Position numbers and translations under genes: made by a program | Origin: Thermoanaerobaculia bacterium | GTDB lineage: Bacteria; Acidobacteriota; Thermoanaerobaculia; Multivoradales; JAIOJS01 | Reading direction: 5' to 3' | NCBI GenBank assembly: GCA_963846495.1 | Contig: CAWJWP010000021.1 | Span: forward strand, 77,185 to 141,184 | DNA: 64,000 nucleotides | Notes under the pieces: generated by a model | What the model was told of the DNA's origin: nothing | Database searches by the model: none | Seen by the model: the letters and a program-made list of their open reading frames with translations, nothing else | Part shown: in pieces, positions 11,043 to 19,700 of the stretch | How positions within the stretch are numbered: the first letter of the stretch is position 1 | Layout of the letters: every line of letters begins with the position of its first letter

Positions 11043-12017
11043 TCAGCGTTCGGCGACGATCGGCTCGAAGCTCACCATCAACGACACCAGCTCGACCGGC
11101 CGCCCTTGCCCTGCCTTCGGCGTCGGCAGCGTGCGCGCGGCCGACCAGGTGTCGGGCGCCAGCCCGAGCAGGTAGACGCCGCGCTGGAGCTTGGGCCGCC
11201 CGGCGAACCAGTCGACGGTGAAGCTGGTGAGGAAGCGCCCGCCGACCGGTCCCGGCGCCGGCGACACCAGCGACGGCCGCCGGTGGAGCGGGTTGTGCGG
11301 CGCCGGCGTCGTCTCGAGCAGCAGGTCGAGCGCGCCGTCGGCGCCGAGCGGCGCGATGAAGCTGATCGGCGGCGCCGGATCGGGCGCCGGCCGGCTCTTG
11401 TAGCCCCAGGCGACGAACGGCAGCTCGCCGACGTTGCGGCCGTGCTCGGGGGACGGGAAGTGGACGGTGAGGTAGGCGTTCCTGACGTGGGTCGGGTTGG
11501 GGATCGGGTAGAGGCCGTGCACGCGCACACGCACCAGCTCGTTAGCGGCGCGCTGGTCGCCGGCGATGAGCGAGGCCGCCGGCACCACGCTGGCGGGCTC
11601 CGGCGGGCGCTCGCGCTCGCGTCGCACACCGCGGTTGAGCGCCGCGGCGGTGACGCGCTTGAAGCCGCGCCAGGTTTCGCTGCCCTCGACGAAGCCGACC
11701 GACATCGGCCGCAGCAGATCGGCCGCGGCCCCCGCCTCGTCTTGAGCGCGGGCAACGCCCGGCAGCGTCGGGAGCAACGCCGCCGCGCCCCCCCAGGCGA
11801 GGAGGTCGCGGCGGCGCAGGCGGGGACCGCGAGGATCGCCGCCCGGCGGATCGCCGAGCGGCGCGCGGACGTCGTCGAGGCCGGTGAGCGCGCCGCCCAC
11901 CGGCCTCACGGTCACTTCGGATCGTCGAGACGGCCGGCGGCTCCGCAGGGGCGGGCCGCCGTCCTCTTCGCTGCCTTCGTCACGGTCGGGCTGGCGACGC
12001 TCGCTCCTCGCAGACAT
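11043..12017 (-). CDS. Hypothetical protein with twin-arginine-like signal
   Basis: LRRRDLLAWGGAAALLPTLPGVARA-Q; co-oriented within the operon. The true start may be downstream of 12017. Confidence 0.6.
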   Translation of the reverse strand: MSARSERRQPDRDEGSEEDGGPPLRSRRPSRRSEVTVRPVGGALTGLDDVRAPLGDPPGGDPRGPRLRRRDLLAWGGAAALLPTLPGVARAQDEAGAAADLLRPMSVGFVEGSETWRGFKRVTAAALNRGVRRERERPPEPASVVPAASLIAGDQRAANELVRVRVHGLYPIPNPTHVRNAYLTVHFPSPEHGRNVGELPFVAWGYKSRPAPDPAPPISFIAPLGADGALDLLLETTPAPHNPLHRRPSLVSPAPGPVGGRFLTSFTVDWFAGRPKLQRGVYLLGLAPDTWSAARTLPTPKAGQGRPVELVSLMVSFEPIVAER

Positions 12018-12076
12018 GGGATCCCATCTCCTCCCCCCGCCCTCGGCCCCCAGCGAACGCTAACCCCGCGGCAGCA

Positions 12077-12601
12077 CTAACCCCGCGGCGGGAACACGCC
12101 CTGGAGGGCGATGCAGAAGTAGAAGGTCAGGTACGGCTGCAAGTTGTTGTGCGGCTGATCGCCACCGGCCGGGGCCAGCGCTTCCGGCGCCATCGTAACC
12201 AGGCCCGCGTTGGAGGGTTGGTAAGCAGTGGCACCTGTGGATGCCGCCAGGCTGGTCTGCGGTCCGGGGCCGAAGAGGTCGGCGGCGTCCGACGACGCGC
12301 GCAAGGCGTGGCTGTGGGACGGGATCTCGGACTCGAGCAGGGTCACGGTCTCGCTGCCGCCGGTCTCGCCCAGGTCGTGCAGCGAGAGGCCGGGCCCCTG
12401 GCCGGGGTGCATCGGCGCCCGGCCCTGGAGGTCGGGGAGGGCGAAGTTGCTCTTGCCGTTGCCGCCATAGGTGGTCCCCAGGAGCGAGAACAGCGCCGTG
12501 TTCTGCGACAGCGGCAGCAACTGCCCGTCGCACCACGCCCAGCCCCGGGGGGCGAAGTTGAACGGGAAGATGCGGATCTCGGCTACGAACGGATCGGCCA
12601 T
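12077..12601 (-). CDS. Phage tail-collar domain protein (microcystin-dependent-protein-like), copy 3
   Basis: FVAEIRIF.FNFAPRGWAWCDGQLL..SQNTALFSLLGTTYGG.G...FALPDLQGR; HSH; C-terminal GVFPPRG. Confidence 0.92.
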   Translation of the reverse strand: MADPFVAEIRIFPFNFAPRGWAWCDGQLLPLSQNTALFSLLGTTYGGNGKSNFALPDLQGRAPMHPGQGPGLSLHDLGETGGSETVTLLESEIPSHSHALRASSDAADLFGPGPQTSLAASTGATAYQPSNAGLVTMAPEALAPAGGDQPHNNLQPYLTFYFCIALQGVFPPRG

Positions 12602-12611
12602 GAGTCTCCTC

Positions 12612-13118
12612 CTAGGTAGGCGACGGGAAGATGCCGAAGAGCGAGATGATGAAGTTGATGCAGAGGTAGGGCTGGAAATTGGTGTGCGGCTGGCTGCCGC
12701 CCACCGGCGAGATCGCCCCTGGGTTCATGTTGACGTTCGGCGGGTCCGCGATGTAGATCGAGATGGTGCCGTCCGTCGTGGAGACGACGTTGGCCGCCGG
12801 ATTGGGAGTCGTACCGGTGCCCGTCGACGCCAGCAGCGGGTGGCTGTGGGCGGGGATCTGGTTCACCGTCAACGTGATCTCTTCGGCGCCGCCGGTCTCG
12901 GCGAGGATGAAGCCGTTGCCCTGGTGGAGTGGGATGCGCCCGCGCAGGTCGGGCAGCGCGAAGGTCGACTCACCGTCGCCGCCGTAGGTGGTGCCGATGA
13001 GCTGGAACAGCGTCTCGTTCTCGCTGATCGGCAGCAGCTGCCCCTCGCAGAACATCCAGCCGGCAGGGGCGAAGTTGCCGGCGAACATGCGGATCTCACC
13101 GACGTAGGGTTGTGCCAT
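12612..13118 (-). CDS. Phage tail-collar domain protein, copy 2
   Basis: YVGEIRMFAGNFAPAGWMFCEGQLL...FALPDLRGR; HSH; C-terminal GIFPSPT. Confidence 0.92.
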   Translation of the reverse strand: MAQPYVGEIRMFAGNFAPAGWMFCEGQLLPISENETLFQLIGTTYGGDGESTFALPDLRGRIPLHQGNGFILAETGGAEEITLTVNQIPAHSHPLLASTGTGTTPNPAANVVSTTDGTISIYIADPPNVNMNPGAISPVGGSQPHTNFQPYLCINFIISLFGIFPSPT

Positions 13119-13131
13119 TGGTCGCTGTCTC

Positions 13132-13632
13132 CTAGTTCGGGCTGGGGAAGATGCCCTGCAGGGCGATGCAGAAGCTGAGGGTGAGGAACGGCTGCATGTT
13201 CAGGTGCGCTTGGCTGCCGCCGACGTTGGTGACCGAGCCCGGCGTCAACGAGGTCAGGGTGTTCGCCGCGTGGTAGGTGTTGTTCACCGGCGCCAGGAAG
13301 GTGTTGGTCGGCAGCGCCTGAGTGCCGGTCGAGGTGGGGGAAGCGTTGAGCACGTGAGTGTGCGTCGGGATCTCGGCGATGCTCAGGGTATGGGCCTGCT
13401 CGCCGCCGCGCTCGCCGAGCGTGTGCCCGCTGCCGACGTGGATCGGCGTGCGGCTGCGCAGGTCGGGCAGCGCGAAGTTCACCCTCCCGTCACCACCGAA
13501 GGTGGTGCCGAGCAGGGAGAACAGCGCCTGGTTCTGGTTGATCGGCAACAGTTGCCCGTTGCACAACGCCCACCCCTTAGGTGCGAACACGAAGCTCATG
13601 ATGCGGATCTCGGACAGGAACGGCTCTGCCAT
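13132..13632 (-). CDS. Phage tail-collar domain protein, copy 1
   Basis: FLSEIRIMSFVFAPKGWALCNGQLL...FALPDLRSR; HTH; C-terminal GIFPSPN; GAAAGGAGGG RBS upstream. Confidence 0.92.
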   Translation of the reverse strand: MAEPFLSEIRIMSFVFAPKGWALCNGQLLPINQNQALFSLLGTTFGGDGRVNFALPDLRSRTPIHVGSGHTLGERGGEQAHTLSIAEIPTHTHVLNASPTSTGTQALPTNTFLAPVNNTYHAANTLTSLTPGSVTNVGGSQAHLNMQPFLTLSFCIALQGIFPSPN

Positions 13633-13725
13633 GCACCCTCCTTTCGTGGCCGCCCTTGGGCGGCCTGGGACCTCATCTCACCCGAGCGACATTGACTATC
13701 TGAAAGACCGAATCCTGGTGATGGA

Positions 13726-16700
13726 TCAGGGACAGCCCCCGCCGGTGCCGAGCCAGCCGCCGCCGGTGGGGACGGTGTTGGTCGCCGACCCGCTGGGCGC
13801 ACCCGCCGGGTTGTTGTTGTTCTGGGCGAAGGTGACTACCGCGGCGTCGTCGTTGTTGGCGCCGGCGTAGCCGGGGAGGCGGACCGTTGTCGACTGCCGC
13901 TGACGGAGGCGGAAGTCGGTGCCGCCGTCGGTGCCGGAGCCGACGAGGGAGTTCCTCGCCGCGCCCGCGCCGCCGAAGGTGAGGCAGACCTGGTAGGTCT
14001 CGCCGGGGAGCGTGCCGCTGTTGAGCTGGAAGCCGTTCTTGGCAAAGATCATCGTGCCGGGGTTGGTGACGGTGTTGCCGGTCACCGTCGCCTTGAGCGA
14101 GCCGCTGCCGACGGTGGCGGTACCGCCCGCTTGGACGATGATGCCGAAGTTGTTGAACTGGCGGATGGTGTTGCCGGTGATGGTGGTGGTGTGCGAGCCG
14201 GTCTCCGCCAGGATGACCGAGATGCCGGAGCCGGCGGCCGAACCGGAGTTGGCGGTCGCCGCGACGCCGATCTGGTTGCCGCTGATGGTGCCGGTGAAGG
14301 TGCCGGCGCCGGAGCCCTTGGTGACGCCGATGGCCGTGCCATTGGAGTCCCGCATGACGTTGTTCGAGATGTTGTAGGTGGCGGTGGTGTTGCTGCCCGC
14401 CGCGCCTCCCGTCAGGCGAATGCCGCCGCCGCCGCTCACCACGCTGGGGTGCGCGTTGGTGATGATGTTGTTGCTGAAGATGAGGTCGGCGCTGGCGGTG
14501 CCGAGCAGGTTGAGCTGGAAGTGGTCGCCGCGCGAGGAGGTGAAGTCGCCGTTCTGCACGGTGACGTTGGTGACCGCGGTGTTCTGGCCCTCGACGAGGA
14601 TGCCGTCGCTGCCGAAGCCGTTGCTGTTGGCGCCGATCGTCACGTTGTCGAAGGTGATGCGGTTGAGGGTGCCGGTGGTGTTGACGACGGTGAAGTTGTC
14701 CTCGTGGCCGCCGCTGATCGAGCTGTTGGTGACCGAGGCCGAGCCGGTGAGCTCGGTGAAGCGGACCGAGGAGTCGTCGGTGGCGTCGTTGTCGCCGTTG
14801 ACGCCGTTGATGGTGGTGTTGTCCATCGTGAAGTTGACCACCGAGCTGCCGCGGATGGCGAAGTCGGTGAAGTCGTTGAGCTGCATGTCCTCGAGGCTGA
14901 CGTCGCGCGTCGAGGTGAGGCTGATGCCGGTGGCGCAGCGGCGGATGGTGCCGCCGGTGCCGGCGCCGCCGGTGCCCTTCACCTTCAGACCGCCGGAGGC
15001 GCCGGTGGTGTTGAGGAGGATGCCGTTGGTCGGGCCCGAGCCGGGCGTTCCCGCGCTGATGCTGCGGAATTCCAAGTTGTTGGCGCTGATCGTCGTATTG
15101 GCGACGTTGAGCGCGGTGCCGGTGCTGGTGGTGATCGTGTTGACCAGGGCGCCGGTCGCCCCTGGAGCGCAGGGGTTCTCGTCGCAGACCTCGATGGTGC
15201 CGCCGCCGGTGGCGGCGAAGGCAGGCTGGCCGCCGGTGCTGAGGCTGAGGCCGCCGCGGAAGGTGACGGTGGCGCCGGTGTTGGTGGTGAGCGACACGCC
15301 TTGGCCGGTGTCGGTGATCGCACCGGAGAAGGTCACCGTCGAGCCGGTGTCCGCGTTGTTGACGACCACGGAGCGCGCCGTGGCGGAGCTGTTGTTGATG
15401 GTGCCGTTGTAGACGGCGGTCAGCACCGTGGTGCCGGCGGCGCTGTTGTCGATGCCGAAGGCGCGGCCGATGCCGGCGGTCTTGGTGATGGAGCTGCCCG
15501 TGGGGGCGCGGAACTGGCCGGCGACGGTGGTGAAGTCGACGCCCGAGGTGGAGAGGGTGGTCGGCGAGGCGGTGATCTGCGCCAGCCGCAGGTCGATGGT
15601 GGCATTGTCGACCGCGACCGCGGCGCCGTTGTTGCCCACCATCGTGGAGGTGCCGGTGTTGTCCGGCGGTGCCGCCACCACCTGAATGCTGGTCCCTGCC
15701 GCGCCGGTGAAGATGCCGGTGCCGCTCAGGGCGAGAGCGAAGCCGGACGAGAAGACGTCGAGGTCGGTGTAGCTAAGGGCACCGGTGATCCCCGTCATCC
15801 ACAGGCCGCCCTCGTTGAGCCCCGTGCCCACCGGGTTGCCGGACGCGCCGATCACGGTGGTTCCGCCGGCGACGGGTTGCAGGTTGGCGGTGCCGAGATC
15901 GGCGTCGAAGACGGCGGTGGCGACCCGGATGCCCGAGCCGGCGGTGTTCCCGCTCACCACGTTGTCGTCGAAGGTAGTGATGGCGAGGGTGCCGGTGCCG
16001 GTCTCCGCGACGTCGACACCGTTGCCGGTGGCGGTGACGGTGTTGTCGTGCAGCGCCAGCACGCTGTTGCCGGTGCTGTTGATGTTGATGTCGATGCCTT
16101 CCGAGGTGGCGCCGCTGATGATGTCCTCGCTGATCCTGATGCCCACCAGGTTGCCGCCGCTCGAGGTGACGTCGATGGCGTTGGAGGTGGCGCCGGTGGC
16201 GGAGAGGTCGAGGCCGCGGATCTCGACGTTCTGACGGTTACCCGCGGTGGCGGTCACGTTGACCGTGTTGGTGCTCGCCGCGGTGCTCTGGATGCGGGCG
16301 TGGTTGGTGAGCGTCACCACGTTGGGGAAGCCGGGGAGGTCGAGGTCGATGCCCTGGCCCCACAGCTTCTGGCCATCGAGGAGCGAGATGCTGCCGCTGT
16401 GCGGCGTGGCGCCGGTGTTGCCGCGGAAGACGTAGATGAAGTCGCCGTTGTTGGTGGTCGCGGCGTTGAACTCGGCGATGGTGTCGAACGGGTTGTTCGA
16501 GCGGCCGGTGTCGCCGGGGCCCGGGTTGTTGGCATCGACGACGTCATGGATGTACCAGACGCGCGGCCCGACCGCGATGTTGACGGTCTGGTTCGACGGC
16601 GTGACGGTGTCGGTCAGCTGGTAGCCGAAGGTGTCCGCCGCAATGGAGCCCGTGGCGGGCACGAAGTGGAAGTTGCCGTTCGCGTCGATGGTGAAGGGGC

Positions 16701-19700
16701 CGCCGTTGGTCGAGTTGCCGGAGGCGGCGACGACGGTGGCGGCGGCCGGACCATCGGGATCGGTCGGTGCGCACTTGGTGAGGACGGTGACGGGGTCCGG
16801 CCAGAAGGCGACACCCGGGGTGGTGGCGGTCCCGACGTGGAGCTGGGTGTTGCCCGGCGTCGCGTAGTTGACGGTGTTGGTGCACACCGGCGGGTCGTTG
16901 ACCGGCGTCACCGTGACGATCTTGGTGGCGACGTTGCTCGGGTCGGTGCCGTCGTTGACCTGGAAGCTGATGGTGCGGTTCGCCGCGTCCGGCGCCTGGT
17001 CGAGGTTGTTGTAGGTCACCGACTGCAGGCAGGTCTGATAGGTGGCGACCGGTTGGCTGCCGCTGATGTTGAGCGTCGCGGTGCCGGCGCCGCCCACCGT
17101 GAGGCCGGCGCAGGCGGTGAAATTGAGCTGCTCGAAGGCGCCGTCCGGCGGCCCCACGGGAAGGGCGATCGACACCGTCGCCGAGGTGAGGTTGGCGGTG
17201 TCGACGTCGCTCACCGTGACGCCGGCATCGATGACGACCGCGCCGGCGTCCTCGGTGAAGTTGGTGGTACCGCCGGTCGTCGTCACCACCGGCGGGTCGT
17301 TGACCGGCACCACGTCGACGGTCTTGTCGCCGTTGTTGCTGTTGGTGGTGCCGTCGTTGGCGACGAAGCGCACGATGCGGTTGGGCAGGTCGGTGGGGTT
17401 CTGCGAGGTGTTGTTGTAGGTCACCGACTGGAAGCACGTCTGGTAGGTCGCGGGCGGCTGGCTGCCGCTGATGGTGAGCGCGGCCGTGCCGGCGCCGCCC
17501 ACGGTCAGGCCGGCGCAGGAGGTGGCGTTGAGCTGCTCGGCGGCGCCGTTCTGGACGTTGGTGATGGTCACCGTCGCGGAGGCGAGGTTGGTGCTGTCGG
17601 CGTCGGTCACCGTGATGGCGGCGTCGACGACCACGGCACCGCCGTCCTCGGTGAAGGTGGTGATGCCGCCGCTGGGAGTGACCACCGGGCCGTCGTCCTG
17701 CGGCACCACGTCGACGTTCTTGTCGCCGTTGTTGCTGTTGGTGGTGCCGTCGTTGGCGACGAAGCGCACGATGCGGTTGGGCAGGTCGGTGGGGTTCTGC
17801 GAGGTGTTGTTGTAGGTCACCGACTGGAAGCACGACTGGTAGGTCGCCGGCGGCTGGCTACCCGTGATGGTGAGCGTGGAGGTGCCGGCGCCGCCGACGG
17901 TGAGACCCGCGCAGGCACCGGCCGCCAGCTGCTCGGCGGCGCCGTCCTGCACGTTGGTGATCGTCACTGTGGCCGACGCGAGGTTCGTGCTGTCGGCGTC
18001 GGTCACCGTGATGGCGCCGTCGACGACGACCGCGCCACCATCCTCGGTGAAGGTGGTGTTGCCGCCGCTGGGGGTGACCACCGGGCCGTCGTTGACGGGT
18101 ACCACGTCGACGGTCTTGTCGCCGTTGTTGCTGTTGCTGGTGCCGTCGTTGACGACGAAGCGGACGATCCGGTCGGGCAGATCGGTGGGGTTCTGCGACG
18201 TGTTGTTGTAGGTCACCGTCTGGAAGCAGGCCTGGTAAGTCGCCGGCGGCTGGCTGCCGCTGATGCTCAGCGTCGACGTGCCGCCGCCGATCACCGTGAG
18301 GCCGGCGCAGGCGCCGGCTGCCAGCTGCTCGGCGGCGCCGTTCTGGACGTTGGTGATGGTCACCGTCGCCGAGGCGAGGTTGGTGCTGTCGGCGTCGGTC
18401 ACCGTGATGGCGCCGTCGACGACCACCGGTCCGCCGTCCTCGGTGAAGGTGGTGCTGCCGCCGCTGGGGGTGACCACCGGGGCGTCGTCGACGGGCACCA
18501 CGTCGACGGCCTTGTCGCCGTTGTTGCTGTTGCTGGTGCCGTCGTTGGCGACGAAGCGGACGATGCGGTTGGGCAGGTCGGTAGGGTTCTGCGAGGTGTT
18601 GTTGTAGGTCACCGACTGGAAGCAGGTTTGGTAAGTGGCGACCGGCTGGCTGCCGCTGATGGTGAGAGTCGAGGTGCCACCGCCGCCCACCGTCAGGCCG
18701 GCGCAGGAGGTGGCGTTGAGCTGCTCCGCCGCACCGTCCTGCGGGTTGGTGATCGTCACCGTCGCCGAGGCGAGGTTGGTGCTGTCGACGTCGGTCACCG
18801 TGATGGCGCCGTCGACGACCACCGCACCACCATCCTCGGTGAAGGTGGTGTTGCCGCCGCTGGGAGTGACGACCGGTGCATCGTCTTGCGGCACCACGTC
18901 GACGGCCTTGTCGCCGTTGTTGCTGTTGTTGGTGCCGTCGTTGGCGACGAAGCGGACGATGCGGTTGGGCAGGTCGGTCGGGTTCTGCGCGGTGTTGTTG
19001 TAGGTCACCGACTGGAAGCACGCCTGGTAGGTCGCCGGCGGCTGGCTGCCGCTGATGGTGAGCGCGGAGGTACCGGCGCCACCGACGGTGAGGCCGGCGC
19101 AGGCACCCGCCGCCAGCTGCTCGGCAGCGCCGTCCTGCACGTTGGTGATCGTCACCGTCGCCGAGGCGAGGTTGGTGCTGTCGATGTCGGTGACCGTGAT
19201 GGCGCCGTCGACGACGACTGGTCCGCCATCTTCGGTGAAGGTGGTGTTGCCGCCGCTGGGAGTGACCACCGGGGCGTTGTCGACCGGCACCACGTCGACG
19301 GTCTTGTCGCCGTTGTTGCTGTTGAGGGCGCCGTCGTTGACGACGAAGCGGACGACGCGGTCGGGCAGGTCGGTGGGGTTCGGCGAGGTGTTGTTGTAGG
19401 TCACCGATTGCAGGCAGGCCTGGTAGGTCGCGGGCGGTTGGCTGCCGCTGATGTTGAGGGTCGACGTTCCGGCGCCGCCTACGGTCAGGCCGGCGCAGGC
19501 ACCCGCCGCCAGTTGCTCGGCGGCGCCATCCTGCACGTTGGTGATGGTCACCGTCGCCGAGGCGAGGTTGGCGCTGTCGACGTCGGTCACCGTGATGGCG
19601 CCGTCGACGACGACCGCGCCGCCGTTCTCGGTGAAGGTGGTGTTGCCGCCGCTGGGAGTGACCACCGGGGCGTCGTTCTGCGGCACCACGTCGACGGCCT

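Noticed and set aside
10536-12017. Tat protein and GNAT are in the same frame separated by a single TGA (readthrough or selenocysteine?)
   Set aside because: A one-in-three chance coincidence. No SECIS-like or redox context, and fusing an exported protein to an acetyl-CoA enzyme is implausible.
12060-12089. 13-bp direct repeat CTAACCCCGCGGC duplicating the end of the third collar gene
   Set aside because: Only two copies, 4 nt apart. It may be a small duplication scar, but there is no element between them and no array.
12077-13632. Prophage or tailocin interpretation of the tail-collar genes
   Set aside because: No other phage structural, lysis or integration genes are recognisable in the window.
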